Positions 10,295 through 21,294 of a stretch of DNA of 60,790 bases are shown here, one piece after another. Each line of letters begins with the position of its first letter. Positions within the stretch are counted from its first letter, which is position 1. The position numbers were made by a program, and so were the translations under genes. The stretch is from positions 1-60,790 of the IMG/VR virus record IMGVR_UViG_3300044984_001645; one strand, written 5' to 3'. This DNA is from a virus. Lineage: Duplodnaviria > Caudoviricetes. Below the pieces are notes generated by a model, which saw nothing but the letters and a program-made list of their open reading frames with translations, ran no database searches and was not told the DNA's origin.

Positions 10295-11188
10295 ATGGAA
10301 GATGAAATTCGTAAGCTATTTGATAGTTACAACATTGATGTAGCCTCAGATAGTGGTAATGAATTTAATATCTACTGTCCATTTCACAAGAACCTTCACA
10401 GTCCAGCTTTCTTTATCAACAGGAAAACTGGGCTGTGGCAGTGTTTTAATCCGTCTTGCGCTAAGCGAGGAAACTTTAGACAGCTTTATCGTCAGATAAC
10501 AGGCAAGCCATACGGCAAGAGTATAACCCTTGACTCGGCTGCTCTGACTAATGAGATTGAAAGAGGGTTCCGGGGCAAGGTTATCTCAAATGAGATTGAT
10601 ATTGATTCTGTCGCTGTTGATTATGACAACAACGATGAAACAATGTTGTTATCCAAGTTCCTTGACAGAGGTTTATCCCTTGACACAATGGATCACTTCG
10701 AGATTGGCTTCTCTAGAGTTAAGGAGAGGATTGTTATTCCAGTAAGAGACCCCAACTACAAGCTGGTTGGTTTTATTGGGAGAGCAACTACTGACGAACA
10801 AGAGCCTAGATACCTATACAATAAGGGATTCAAACGAGCTGATGTATTATTCAATATTCAGAATGCAAAGAAACACCCAAGTTGTATAATTACAGAAGGT
10901 AGTGTTGACGCAATGATGGTTCACCAAGCTGGTTATCCTAATGTTGTATCAACACTCGGTGCTCAAGTTAGCAAAAATCAAATAAAAATGCTCAAAAGGT
11001 ATTTTGACGAATTAATTATATTTTCCGACAACGATGACGCAGGAATCGCCATGAAGAATGATATAATAAACCTCTGCCGAGGCAAAGTTCTTTCCGAGGC
11101 AAAGATAGCTGATGGTTGTAAAGACCCCGGCGAAATGAAAAAAGAACAAATCACACACAGTATTGAAAACAAAATTTCAATCATATAA
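10295..11188 (+). CDS. dnaG: DNA primase (CHC2 zinc finger plus TOPRIM)
   Basis: CPFH...WQCFNPSC, RIVIPV...GFIGR, ITEGSVDA, FSDNDDAG, KDPGE. Confidence 0.92.
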   Translation: MEDEIRKLFDSYNIDVASDSGNEFNIYCPFHKNLHSPAFFINRKTGLWQCFNPSCAKRGNFRQLYRQITGKPYGKSITLDSAALTNEIERGFRGKVISNEIDIDSVAVDYDNNDETMLLSKFLDRGLSLDTMDHFEIGFSRVKERIVIPVRDPNYKLVGFIGRATTDEQEPRYLYNKGFKRADVLFNIQNAKKHPSCIITEGSVDAMMVHQAGYPNVVSTLGAQVSKNQIKMLKRYFDELIIFSDNDDAGIAMKNDIINLCRGKVLSEAKIADGCKDPGEMKKEQITHSIENKISII

Positions 11189-11203
11189 CAAAAGGAAAAC
11201 AAC

Positions 11204-11854
11204 ATGACATTTGCAAGTATTAAATCACTTCAAGACCTCGAAAAGAGCGTCACACCTACACAAAACAAACAAGGAACTGGAATCAAGAAGTATTTCAGCC
11301 TTTCATCAGGAGATTCATTCAAGATTCGTTTCCGTCAGGAACTTACTGAAGATGCATCATTCTTTGATGAAGAGGTTGGTACAGGAATGACAGTACCTGT
11401 CGTAACATCACCCATTAACTGGAAATGGCGAGCAGCCTCTACTTCTTCACTAGAGAAGTTTAACTATCGTTGCTGGGCAACCGAACAGGCTGTCCACGAC
11501 AAGGCTTGGAAGCCAAAGCCCCATTTGCTTATCAACATTGCTGTTGAGATTGAACCCGGAGTCTGGGAGCCTCGTGTCCTAGATACGACATTCAACCAGC
11601 GCCATATCGGTATGATTCTTATTGAGTACGCAAAGGAGTTCGGAACGATTACTGACCGTTATTACAAGTATTCACGCACAGGATCATCTGCATCAGACAC
11701 AAACTACAGTTTGATTCCTCTCTCTCAAGGAGAGATGCCTGCTGAAATCACTGAATTGCCAATGCATCAGCTTGACAACATGTACCTTACTCTCTCTTAC
11801 GATAAGCAAGAGAAGTTCTTTACAACCGGAGAAATCGCCAAAGATTCTTGGTGA
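11204..11854 (+). CDS. Single-stranded DNA-binding protein (gp32-like)
   Basis: KIRF...SRTGSSASDTNYSLIP; position after primase. Confidence 0.7.
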   Translation: MTFASIKSLQDLEKSVTPTQNKQGTGIKKYFSLSSGDSFKIRFRQELTEDASFFDEEVGTGMTVPVVTSPINWKWRAASTSSLEKFNYRCWATEQAVHDKAWKPKPHLLINIAVEIEPGVWEPRVLDTTFNQRHIGMILIEYAKEFGTITDRYYKYSRTGSSASDTNYSLIPLSQGEMPAEITELPMHQLDNMYLTLSYDKQEKFFTTGEIAKDSW

Positions 11855-11874
11855 TTAATTAACTACAACGATGA

Positions 11875-11899
11875 AGCCCTGCCTAAAAAGCAGGGCTTT
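11875..11899 (+). terminator. Intrinsic terminator-like hairpin
   Basis: AAGCCCTGC-CTAAAAA-GCAGGGCTT. Confidence 0.6.
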
Positions 11900-11917
11900 G
11901 TCTATGTTAGGACACAA

Positions 11918-12448
11918 ATGAAAAACAAAAATATTGTTCTTGACCTTGATGGTGTTATTGCTGATATCGCATCTTCTATTGATGAATACATTGCCGGCAC
12001 TGGTGTAAAAGAAAATTATGATTACACACATTGGTTAACATCCGATAATGATGACAAAGAGGCAATGAAGTTATTTAATGATCCTCTTTTCTGGAAGAAC
12101 TTGAAGCCATACGAAGATGCTTGGCATCAGGTTAATAAATGGTTCAGTGATGACATTGATGTTCATATCGTTACAGCAAGAAGGTGTGAAGCTGCAATTC
12201 AGAATACAGTGTCTTGGCTTGATGAATGGAGAATTGGAACGCTCACACCTGTATTCACAGGAATACATCAAAAATACGAAGTCATTAAAGATATCAATCC
12301 ACAATTCGTTGTGGAGGATAATCCGAACGAAGTTAAAATTTTAATTGATAACGGAGTGAACGCTTTTCTCAGAAAGCAGTGGTACAATGAGCCATACTGG
12401 GAAACCTTACCGACCATAGAAACCTTATACGATATAGATTGGAACTAA
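11918..12448 (+). CDS. HAD-family 5'(3')-deoxyribonucleotidase
   Basis: LDLDGVIAD, IVTAR, VEDNP. Confidence 0.85.
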   Translation: MKNKNIVLDLDGVIADIASSIDEYIAGTGVKENYDYTHWLTSDNDDKEAMKLFNDPLFWKNLKPYEDAWHQVNKWFSDDIDVHIVTARRCEAAIQNTVSWLDEWRIGTLTPVFTGIHQKYEVIKDINPQFVVEDNPNEVKILIDNGVNAFLRKQWYNEPYWETLPTIETLYDIDWN

Positions 12449-15400
12449 GTGACTGATTTCGTACACTTACACTGTCATTCGGAGTATTCACTCCTTGATG
12501 GAATGTCAACCCCTACAGAGATTGCAAAAATCTCTAGCACGAATGGTCAATATGCTGCTGCAATTACTGATCATGGAACGATGGGCGGTGTCTTGAAGTT
12601 TCAAGATGCTTGCAATAAACAAAGCGTGAAGCCAATCTTCGGTGTTGAAGCTTACTTTGTCCCATCTATCACCAAGGATGCTCAGACCAAGTATGAACGC
12701 TTCCACTTGATTCTTCTTGCGAAGAACAATACCGGACTGCAGAAGCTGTTTAGGATTTCGCAAACTGGCTGGACAGATAACTTCTACTACAAGCCTCGTA
12801 TTGATTTCAGCTTGTTAGAAGATATGGTTGATGATGACATCATTGCGCTATCTGGTTGCATGGGTGGACCAATTTCAAAAGCTATTGAGGCTGGTAACTA
12901 TTCACGGGCAGAAGAGCTGTCTGAACGCTTCATCAAAATCTTTAAGGATGACTTTTATTACGAAGTGCAAGCTTGGAACCCAAAGAATCTAAACGATTCG
13001 CTTATCAATCTAGCGAGTTCTTACGGCAAGAAGGTTGTTGCGACAGCGGATTGTCATTTTCCTACACACGATGACCGTGGACCAGAAGAAGTTCTTCTGA
13101 TGGTTTCTCAATACCCAAGTTTAAATGCGGGTGATATTCGTGTTGCTCAGCAGAATCTTCATGTCATCCATGATGAGAACGCAAGTGTCATTGACAAGAT
13201 GAACGCTATGTATCCAGAACGCTTCTTGCGGTTTGACCATATCAATCCATACATCGCTAAAGCTGATGTTGTTCATTCATGGTTCAAAGATGCTGGCTAC
13301 GACAATGTTGAATACCTTGAGAACACAATGGAAGTCGCTGACAAATGCACAGCAACAATTGCTACGAAGAGAAACCTTCTTCCAAAGTATTCCAAAGTTC
13401 TTGATTCAAACTTTTATCTAAGAGAGATTGCAGAGTTTGCAATTCAGACAAACAAGCTTGGTCCTGAATACAAGGAGAGGCTTGATGAAGAACTCGGGAT
13501 TATTGAACAACTTGGTTTCTCTGATTACTTCCTGATTGTATGGGATTTGGTCAAGTGGGCTGATGAGAACGATATTGGTCGTGGCACAGGGCGAGGTTCT
13601 GTTGGCGGTTCTGTTCTTGCTTACTTGCTTGATATCTCCAAGGTTGATCCATTGAAGTATGGACTACTCTTCTCACGATTCATCAATCCAGAACGAAACG
13701 ACTATCCGGACATTGACTTGGACTTTGAGGATAAGCGCAGAGGTGAAGTACGGAACTATCTCCGTGACAGATGGGGTCATGACAATGTTGCTGCTATCTC
13801 AACATACGGTGGATTCAAACCTAAATCTGTAATTAAAGATATCTCTCGTGTCTATCAAGTTCCATTCGCTGAGATTAACAACATCACTCCATACTTTGAA
13901 ACATTGCAGGAGTTAGAGACATCCCCTAAGGGCAAGATCTTCTGCAGTAAGTACCCAGACATTATCAAGCTTGCAAAGAAACTTGAGGGTCGTGTTCGTA
14001 ACTCAGGGATTCATGCTGCCGGAATGGTTGTGTCATCAATTCCATTGAGCGATGTTTGTCCTGTTGAGACAAAGAAAGATACAAGTGGAGAAGGTCGTTC
14101 TATTGTTACTGCCTTTGACATGGAAGATGCAGAAGCAGTTGGTCTAATTAAAATCGATGTTCTCGGTCTAAAGACCGTTTCTGTTATTAAAGATTGCATC
14201 GCTAAGATTAAAGAAAATCGGGGCATTGATGTTAGTCAGCTTTCATTGGAATTAGACGACCCAGAAGTATTCAAGAACTTCAATGACGGTAACACAGTAG
14301 GTATCTTCCAAACAGATGCTGCTGCTTATCGTAACTTGATTGAAAGAATGGGTATTGATAACTTCAACGACCTTGTTGTGTCTAACGCACTTGTAAGACC
14401 CGGAGCCTTGTTGTCACAGGGTCAGGTTTATATTGACTGCAAGAAGGGGGTAAATGCTCCCAAGTATCCACACCCTATTGTTAAAGACATCCTTGAGGAA
14501 ACATACGGAACAGTTATCTTTCAGGAACAGCTAATGCAAATGGCTGTACTGCTTGCTGACTTCACATGGTCAGAGGCTGACAAGCTTCGTAAGATCATTG
14601 GTAAGAAGCGAGATGCTGCTGGATTTGATGAGTACAGAGAAAAGTTTGTTAACAATAAGTATATCAAGAAAGCAGCAGCCGAGAAAATCTGGGCGGAATT
14701 TGAACTAGCAGCCTTGTATATGTTTAACAAGTCTCACGCTGTTGCTTATTCTATGCTTTCTTATCAGACCATGTGGTTGAAGATTCATTACCCCATTGAG
14801 TTCATTTGGTCGCTTCTCTTTAATGAATCAGCAGGTGACAAGATTACGGCTTATTTGATGGAAGCACAAAGGGTGGGCGTAAAGATACTAGCACCTGATG
14901 TGAATCACTCGGATGAATACTTTTCGGTAAGCATCAAGGGTGAGGAGGAGTCAATTCAATTCGGATTGTCCAATGTTGCCGGATGTGGTAACTCAGCTAT
15001 CAAGGAGATTTTTGAGAAGAGACCATTTGAGTCGTATGAGGAGTTTACTAACAAATGCAGAAAGTCTGCGGTGAAGATAACTGTAAGAGAAAATCTGGAG
15101 AAGGTAGGGGCGTTTCAATCATTGGGTCATGTCTCGGCTTACGATCATGAGAAGTATTATCTTCCTGTATTGGGTTTCTCGCTTAACACTAATGGTGAAC
15201 AGAATGAAATGGATGAGTTTGTCGGGAAGCTTGCAGACTTCCACGAAATTACCTCACCATTGACGCTGGTGAAGGCTGTGGTGCGTTCTACAAAGAAAAC
15301 GCCTCAGTACCTCCGTATTGAGTTTGAAGACCATTCTGGCTCGTCTACGGTGTTTGCCGAGCGTAATACCGAACTTGCCACACGAGACTATATTTATGCT

Positions 15401-15850
15401 CTTATTGGGGATAGAACGATGCATGACTTCTGTGATGCGTATGAGTATTACGATTCAAGCTTGTATAACTTCATGATGCTACGGGCAAAGGGGCATGACC
15501 ACGATTACGGATGGTTGCATAAGACGGGTCTTGGAACTGCTGAGCAGGAAAAGACGCTGATGTATATCTTCCATATGCGCAAATTCATTACATCCACCGA
15601 GAAGGAAATGGCGAACCTCTACTGCTGGGATGGGGAGAAGATTTTCAAGGTCGTGGTGTTCCCGAATACGCTAAAGAAGATTAAAGGTATTCTTCAGACC
15701 AAGACATGGTTTGCAGCGAGGTTGGAAAAGATTGAAGACCAAAAGACATTAACACGATTGGACTCTTACAAAATTGAGAGTGACAGTGGTATTATCTCTA
15801 TTGAGAATTATATCGAAAGAAAAGGAATAAAGAGGGAAAGCTATGTTTGA
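12449..15850 (+). CDS. dnaE: DNA polymerase III alpha subunit (DnaE)
   Basis: HLHCHSEYSLLDG PHP domain, GRGSVGGS, PDIDLDF, HAAG, FNKSHAVAY. Confidence 0.97.
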   Translation: MTDFVHLHCHSEYSLLDGMSTPTEIAKISSTNGQYAAAITDHGTMGGVLKFQDACNKQSVKPIFGVEAYFVPSITKDAQTKYERFHLILLAKNNTGLQKLFRISQTGWTDNFYYKPRIDFSLLEDMVDDDIIALSGCMGGPISKAIEAGNYSRAEELSERFIKIFKDDFYYEVQAWNPKNLNDSLINLASSYGKKVVATADCHFPTHDDRGPEEVLLMVSQYPSLNAGDIRVAQQNLHVIHDENASVIDKMNAMYPERFLRFDHINPYIAKADVVHSWFKDAGYDNVEYLENTMEVADKCTATIATKRNLLPKYSKVLDSNFYLREIAEFAIQTNKLGPEYKERLDEELGIIEQLGFSDYFLIVWDLVKWADENDIGRGTGRGSVGGSVLAYLLDISKVDPLKYGLLFSRFINPERNDYPDIDLDFEDKRRGEVRNYLRDRWGHDNVAAISTYGGFKPKSVIKDISRVYQVPFAEINNITPYFETLQELETSPKGKIFCSKYPDIIKLAKKLEGRVRNSGIHAAGMVVSSIPLSDVCPVETKKDTSGEGRSIVTAFDMEDAEAVGLIKIDVLGLKTVSVIKDCIAKIKENRGIDVSQLSLELDDPEVFKNFNDGNTVGIFQTDAAAYRNLIERMGIDNFNDLVVSNALVRPGALLSQGQVYIDCKKGVNAPKYPHPIVKDILEETYGTVIFQEQLMQMAVLLADFTWSEADKLRKIIGKKRDAAGFDEYREKFVNNKYIKKAAAEKIWAEFELAALYMFNKSHAVAYSMLSYQTMWLKIHYPIEFIWSLLFNESAGDKITAYLMEAQRVGVKILAPDVNHSDEYFSVSIKGEEESIQFGLSNVAGCGNSAIKEIFEKRPFESYEEFTNKCRKSAVKITVRENLEKVGAFQSLGHVSAYDHEKYYLPVLGFSLNTNGEQNEMDEFVGKLADFHEITSPLTLVKAVVRSTKKTPQYLRIEFEDHSGSSTVFAERNTELATRDYIYALIGDRTMHDFCDAYEYYDSSLYNFMMLRAKGHDHDYGWLHKTGLGTAEQEKTLMYIFHMRKFITSTEKEMANLYCWDGEKIFKVVVFPNTLKKIKGILQTKTWFAARLEKIEDQKTLTRLDSYKIESDSGIISIENYIERKGIKRESYV

Positions 15851-16442
15851 TGATATTATTAAGAATTCCAAGTGGTCTGAATCTCATGGCGCAGTGGGGA
15901 ATCATGCTGGAATGGGGGTGTTTTACTATGCACTTCCTTATTCTTTGAGGGCGAGTAGCATTGTTTGCTTGGGTTCCGGTGCTGGTTTTGTACCCAAGTT
16001 GGCTGTTGAATCACAAAAGTCTTTAATTAAAGAAGGTCTACTTGGTCAATATAATGTCAACTTGATTGATGCAAACATTGGACCTTGGGGTTTACCAATA
16101 TACACCGATGAAGGGATTATTGGTTACCCAGAAATTAATCTTATTGTTGATAAGACAGATAACTGCCATCAATTGTTTGATTCAATTGACTACCTGCATG
16201 TTGATGCAGACCACACATATGAGCAGGTTTATAAAGACCTAGAGAATTATGGTTCAAAGATGAACAAACATGAGGTATGGGCTATTACTGTTCATGACAC
16301 AAAGAATTCTTCTGATGATGATCATCCAGACATCGGATCTTATCGTGCTGCTGTGGATTGGTCAACGAAGTATGGACATGATATGCTCAACTTCCCTGTC
16401 GGTTGCGGAACTGCTGTCATTATGCCAAAGGTTGGTCACTAA
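15843..16442 (+). CDS. SAM-dependent methyltransferase (Methyltransf_24-like)
   Basis: VCLGSGAG, IDYLHVDADHTYEQVYKDL, VHDT. Confidence 0.8.
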   Translation: MFDDIIKNSKWSESHGAVGNHAGMGVFYYALPYSLRASSIVCLGSGAGFVPKLAVESQKSLIKEGLLGQYNVNLIDANIGPWGLPIYTDEGIIGYPEINLIVDKTDNCHQLFDSIDYLHVDADHTYEQVYKDLENYGSKMNKHEVWAITVHDTKNSSDDDHPDIGSYRAAVDWSTKYGHDMLNFPVGCGTAVIMPKVGH

Positions 16443-16933
16443 TGGATAGATGGGAATACCTCATCTCCAAGGAGTACATGATTCGTCATCATATTTGCGA
16501 ATACTATTTTGGTGATGTTGATACTGTTATCGATGTAGGGGCGTACAAGCAAAGCTTGATTAATGTAAAAAGAGTTGTACAAATTGATCCTCTCGGTTCA
16601 ATGCCAGAATCTTTTCATGGCACAGTCAAAGAGTGGTGTAACAAGCAAGGTGAATTCTTTGATATCTCAGAGTGTGGAGTGATGGCTCTAGGTCTTGAAA
16701 TCGAAGGAGATGACGGTGAGTGGAATTGTTTCTCTTCACTTGTTGAGCAATCAAAAGTCGCAATTATTGAGCATTCAGTTACTCATGCGCCTAGCGTTTT
16801 GCAATTCAATAAAATACTGGATACCACAGAGAAGAGGGTTACAACGATGATTGATTTTGAATTTTGCGATATGCAAACAGAAGGTTTCATTCCTCATGGT
16901 AAAAGGAAACTGGCTATTCTGGAAAGGAAATAG
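16442..16933 (+). CDS. Methyltransferase-like hypothetical protein
   Basis: VIDVGAY motif-I-like segment; coupled start. Confidence 0.55.
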   Translation: MDRWEYLISKEYMIRHHICEYYFGDVDTVIDVGAYKQSLINVKRVVQIDPLGSMPESFHGTVKEWCNKQGEFFDISECGVMALGLEIEGDDGEWNCFSSLVEQSKVAIIEHSVTHAPSVLQFNKILDTTEKRVTTMIDFEFCDMQTEGFIPHGKRKLAILERK

Positions 16934-16934
16934 T

Positions 16935-17588
16935 ATGTTAGAAAAAGATATAAAAAAGATGAATTCAATCAAGTGGTGGCACAAGATTGCTCTTGGTGAA
17001 ACAATTACTTCTGGGCAAAATGAAGAATCACAATCAACATTTGATGCAATAAACCTTGGAGACACCTTGAAGGGTAAAACTGTTATTGATATTGGATGTT
17101 GGGATGGCTTCTACTCTTTCGCTTGTGAGCAATTAGGGGCAGACAGCGTTGTTGCTTGTGATCGTCATGTTTGGGATGAACCAAGCATCACTGATGCTGG
17201 TTTTGATTTTGCTCATCAAATGCTTAATTCCAAAGTCAAAAAAGTCCATTCCAATGTGGAGGATCTCCCCAAAAAGAATTTGGGTAAGTTTGATGTTGTC
17301 CTGATGCTTGGTGTCTTGTATCATTCAAAGAACCCAATTCAGTATATTGAAATTGCGAGAGACTTGTCTAAGGGAATTGTTGTGTTTGAGACAGCAGTTG
17401 ATTTATTAAATGTCCCTGTACCTGCTGTGCGTTACTATGTCCATGATGAATACCACGGTGATCCAACAAATTTTTGGGGCTTTAACGAATTAGCCATGAA
17501 GGGGATGATGAAGGATGCTGGGTTTAAAAATATTCAATCAGTAAAACTTTCAAACAATACTAGAATGCTTTTTATTGGGGAAGTTTAG
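16935..17588 (+). CDS. SAM-dependent methyltransferase (CmoB/DUF1698-like)
   Basis: GKTVIDIGCWDGFYSF, FDVVLMLGVLYH. Confidence 0.85.
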   Translation: MLEKDIKKMNSIKWWHKIALGETITSGQNEESQSTFDAINLGDTLKGKTVIDIGCWDGFYSFACEQLGADSVVACDRHVWDEPSITDAGFDFAHQMLNSKVKKVHSNVEDLPKKNLGKFDVVLMLGVLYHSKNPIQYIEIARDLSKGIVVFETAVDLLNVPVPAVRYYVHDEYHGDPTNFWGFNELAMKGMMKDAGFKNIQSVKLSNNTRMLFIGEV

Positions 17589-17590
17589 TT

Positions 17591-18643
17591 TTGAAGCTGT
17601 CATTGCACACAGACCAGTTTGTTAAGGATGCGAACGGCAAGTCCGGTTATTCGTATAGTTACTACAAAATGATTGAACATTTCTCTAAGTTTACTTATAG
17701 GAATGAAAAGATGACAATCCTTGATAATTCAAGTGAAGCAAATGCTCAGTTGTTTTATATGGAGCCTGAACGGTACAACCATCACAATATGCAGAACTTG
17801 CGTAGCCCTGATTTTATAAAATTTCATGATAATCAATACAAGATACAGGGAACGCATTTGGAGGCTACAAAGGTATGGGATCATTGGATTGATGCAATGA
17901 ATCGTGTGGATGAGATATGGGTTGGAAATTATTTTGCACAAGACGCTGTTATCAATTCCGGAATCACAACCCCAACATATGTTTTTGAAATGGGAATTGA
18001 CGATATGTGGAAGCCTTACAAAAGAGGTGAAAACAGAAAGATAAAATTCTTGCATATTGACTCAGCAAGTCCTCGTAAGAGAGCTGACATGGCACAGGCT
18101 GCTTTTTCTAAAGCATTTCAGGGCAGGCATGATGTGTCTTTAACTTTGAAATACCACGGTAATGAGAATACAGAAGGATTTGGCATATCGTCAATGCTAA
18201 TACCTCGTCATGACAATATTACTTACATTCACGAAACTCTATCCCAAGAGGATATGATTAAGCTTTACTATGATCATGATGTTTTGATCTACCCTAGCGA
18301 GGGTGAGGGCTTTGGTTTTATTCCCCTACAAGCCCTTGCTACTGGAATGCCGGTTATTTCAACAGGCTTATGGTGCTCTTATAAAGATCTCTTGGGTAGA
18401 AATATTATAGATGCTAAATTAGGCAAGACGCAGAATACTGGGTACACCTGTGGAGATGTTGTCCTTCCTGAAATTGATTCTTTAATTTATTTGATGAGAA
18501 GAGTGGTGGATAATTTTGATGATGAAGTAAATTATTATTTCAATCAAGCGCCATCTGTTTATGACAGGTATAATTGGCAAACGAGATGCGATGCATTTCT
18601 TAAGTCTGTGGTTAAAAGACTTGGCACAAAAACTTTCAACTAA
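17591..18643 (+). CDS. Glycosyltransferase family 4 (GT-B)
   Basis: RK, DVLIYPSEGEGFGFIPLQALATGMPVI. Confidence 0.9.
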   Translation: MKLSLHTDQFVKDANGKSGYSYSYYKMIEHFSKFTYRNEKMTILDNSSEANAQLFYMEPERYNHHNMQNLRSPDFIKFHDNQYKIQGTHLEATKVWDHWIDAMNRVDEIWVGNYFAQDAVINSGITTPTYVFEMGIDDMWKPYKRGENRKIKFLHIDSASPRKRADMAQAAFSKAFQGRHDVSLTLKYHGNENTEGFGISSMLIPRHDNITYIHETLSQEDMIKLYYDHDVLIYPSEGEGFGFIPLQALATGMPVISTGLWCSYKDLLGRNIIDAKLGKTQNTGYTCGDVVLPEIDSLIYLMRRVVDNFDDEVNYYFNQAPSVYDRYNWQTRCDAFLKSVVKRLGTKTFN

Positions 18644-18669
18644 AAACTTTTAATTAAATAAGGAGAAAA

Positions 18670-19602
18670 ATGCTAGTAGTAGATAAAAGAAAAGGCGACC
18701 ATATGCCTATTCATGAGGTTATTCCAACACCAAGTATCGGTTTGAATCGTGCGCTTGGGGGAGGGCTTAACTCAGGGGCAACCCATTTGTTCTGGGGAAC
18801 ACCATCAGTTGGTAAAACAACAATGTGTTTCCGGATTCTTGCGGAAGCTCAAAGACGAGGATACCGACCAGTCATCATTGACTCGGAGTATTCTTACAAT
18901 GATCAATATGCTGCCAAGTGCGGTATCAATATTGATGATGTTGTTGTAATTCAATCAACAATTGTAGAAGAGATTATGAAGGCTCTCATTGGTTATTTGA
19001 ATAACGATGTTGAGAAGCACATCTTTTTGTTTGACTCCCTGTCAAATATCATCAAAGAAGAGTTTTATGACAAGCCAGAAGGTGGTAAAGCAATGGGGCT
19101 TCAATCTCGTTCGCAGGGCTACCTTCTCCAGAAGCTTGTTAATTACCTTCACAAGGAACGGAACATCATGCTATTCGTAGCACACCAGACCGTTGATCTT
19201 AGTGGAATGTTCGCTGTGACAAAGGCGAAGATGGGTAACACAGTGCATCATAATATGCACAACATTGTAAAACTGTTCCTCTCAATGTCTCAAAAGGAAA
19301 TGGAGCGTGATGACACTCACACCATTACCTCACAGAGGGCTGTGTGGACAATTGAAAAGACAAAACAGATTCCAACTATCGGTGCGCAAGGTTATTACTA
19401 TGTTCTTCCACAAGAGGGAAAGATTGATACTGACCGGGAGCTTATTGATATTGCGGTTGAGATGGATATCATTCAACGCAGAGGTGCATGGTATTCCTAT
19501 GGCACTGAGAAGTGGAACGGAATGACAGCTATTAATTTGTCTGAAGAAGTAAGAGATGAAATTGCAACTTTGATCTTGGGTCGTGAGTTTCAAGAGGTGT
19601 AA
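18670..19602 (+). CDS. recA: RecA/UvsX-like recombinase
   Basis: LNRALGGG, GTPSVGKTT, IDSE, FDSL, IIQRRGAWYSYG. Confidence 0.9.
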   Translation: MLVVDKRKGDHMPIHEVIPTPSIGLNRALGGGLNSGATHLFWGTPSVGKTTMCFRILAEAQRRGYRPVIIDSEYSYNDQYAAKCGINIDDVVVIQSTIVEEIMKALIGYLNNDVEKHIFLFDSLSNIIKEEFYDKPEGGKAMGLQSRSQGYLLQKLVNYLHKERNIMLFVAHQTVDLSGMFAVTKAKMGNTVHHNMHNIVKLFLSMSQKEMERDDTHTITSQRAVWTIEKTKQIPTIGAQGYYYVLPQEGKIDTDRELIDIAVEMDIIQRRGAWYSYGTEKWNGMTAINLSEEVRDEIATLILGREFQEV

Positions 19603-19603
19603 T

Positions 19604-19720
19604 GTGGTCATCTACCTTCTAGTTATCTCCGGCATTTGTGTTGGCATTATTTATAACCTAATTAAATTTTATCAAGAAATTAGGGAGACAATGGATAAAA
19701 CGGATATGGAAATTGACTGA
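19604..19720 (+). CDS. Small membrane protein
   Basis: GTG start after GAGG, hydrophobic N-terminus; below the ORF-track size cut-off. Confidence 0.4.
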   Translation: MVIYLLVISGICVGIIYNLIKFYQEIRETMDKTDMEID

Positions 19721-19881
19721 TGAGAAAAGAGCAAAGCACTCTTGTCCATTTCCATATGATTACTCGTGGTCTATCAAACTATGAAACACCCTGTGGCAAA
19801 ACTGGTGGTGACTATTATGTCACTCAAAACCAAAAAGAAGTAACCTGTAAATTTTGTAAGGAATACAATGAAAAGAAATGA
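19720..19881 (+). CDS. Small zinc-binding protein
   Basis: H...PCG...VTCKFC; coupled TGATG start. Confidence 0.45.
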   Translation: MRKEQSTLVHFHMITRGLSNYETPCGKTGGDYYVTQNQKEVTCKFCKEYNEKK

Positions 19882-20167
19882 AAAAGAAGAAACCAAGCGT
19901 GATGGAGCCAGACCAGTCAAAAACTCTGGTCGTGGATTCCGGAAGGGCGATGCAACGATGAATGAATTTGTTGTGGATTATAAACATAATGGCAAGACAT
20001 TCACTCTCACGAGAGATGGGTGGATTAAGCTAAGAAAAGATGCTTGGAAATCAACATACAAACATCCTTGCCTAGCTGTTGTTCTAGGGGAAGACTCGGA
20101 TGTGAAGGTTGCCATCATTGAATGGCATGTGTTTAAGGAATTGATTCAAGATAGTAATTATGAATAA
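19868..20167 (+). CDS. PD-(D/E)XK Holliday junction resolvase-like nuclease
   Basis: NSGRG..KGD.....VVDYK. Confidence 0.7.
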   Translation: MKRNEKEETKRDGARPVKNSGRGFRKGDATMNEFVVDYKHNGKTFTLTRDGWIKLRKDAWKSTYKHPCLAVVLGEDSDVKVAIIEWHVFKELIQDSNYE

Positions 20168-20187
20168 GAGAAAGATAAATAAATAAA

Positions 20188-20814
20188 ATGCCAGAGCTTA
20201 ATGCTAATATACCAATGATTGAATGTTATGTAAGAGGCAACTTCTTAAGAGACCAGTTAGACTCTCATGATAAATACTTCCCCTGCATGATTTTTGGAGT
20301 AACGAGTATTCAAGGGAGAAGCCCCCTATTTCACTTCTTAATGGAAGACGGAGGTGTTTGGTGGAGAATGCCCATAAACGCTTTCTGTGAAAGACCGGGT
20401 GTGCCTGAAGTTGATATTCACGAACTTGTCTTGTGGAACTCTTTTAGTGCCCATGTAGCTGTTACCGAATTTCAAGCAATGAGGAATATGAGAATGGCTT
20501 ATGTTGCTCGTTCCGGAGAGTTTGTGAACGCAAAATATCTGTTCACGCTTGATTGGCATGCTCCGGATGATAACACTATAAATCTTGGGTTCAGTACGAA
20601 TCCGGGTCAACACAAGTGTGGTCATGTCATGCTTAGAGATGATGGGAACTATGCTATTCAACCAAACAATAGAGTTAGATTATTTGACCCTTCTTTCACA
20701 ACCAAGACAGGAACTCTGATTGAAAGATTTGTCAACACTAGAAAATGGGATGTTGAAGATGCAAACAAGTGGAAAACATCTGACGACAACAGGTACCATT
20801 ATGACATTGAGTGA
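20188..20814 (+). CDS. Conserved hypothetical phage protein
   Basis: LNANIP...LFTLDW...HKCGH...AIQPNNR pattern I recall from aquatic phages. Confidence 0.7.
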   Translation: MPELNANIPMIECYVRGNFLRDQLDSHDKYFPCMIFGVTSIQGRSPLFHFLMEDGGVWWRMPINAFCERPGVPEVDIHELVLWNSFSAHVAVTEFQAMRNMRMAYVARSGEFVNAKYLFTLDWHAPDDNTINLGFSTNPGQHKCGHVMLRDDGNYAIQPNNRVRLFDPSFTTKTGTLIERFVNTRKWDVEDANKWKTSDDNRYHYDIE

Positions 20815-20979
20815 TGAAAGAAAAAGATTGGTTCAGCAGTATGGACCAGAGATCGTCATTGAATGTTGCCGTGAGTGGAAAACACACTGGGGCAATGGGG
20901 CATGGGGAAAATGTGGCATCTGTAGAGATGTTCCACGATTAGTTAAAGGAAAAACATGGGATGAATAGGAGAATAGAAA

Positions 20980-21294
20980 ATGGCTGACATCATGGTAGAC
21001 CCAGATTGGCTCGCTGAGCAGATGGGTGATAAAGCACAAGAATTTATTGAATGTATGAGGATTGTTCAAGACATTATTGATAATCCTCAGAATTATGTAG
21101 GAATGCAAGCTATTAAGTATTTAAATGTACTTTCTGGCTATAGAACAATGATGATTATTAAATCACAAGCATTCAAGAGAAGATCAAGTATTATGTCCGA
21201 ACAAGATAAGTTCGTTAATGATATCTGGAAAACAATGTACGAAGCGTTATTAGAAAATATCAATGCGTTAAAAATTGCTGCAAAAGGAGCATAA
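20980..21294 (+). CDS. Hypothetical protein
   Basis: RBS AGGAG; helical ORF. Confidence 0.65.
   Translation: MADIMVDPDWLAEQMGDKAQEFIECMRIVQDIIDNPQNYVGMQAIKYLNVLSGYRTMMIIKSQAFKRRSSIMSEQDKFVNDIWKTMYEALLENINALKIAAKGA

Noticed and set aside
12449-15850. Intein or intron in dnaE (also checked dnaB and terL)
   Set aside because: Lengths are ordinary and no splice-junction or LAGLIDADG motifs are evident
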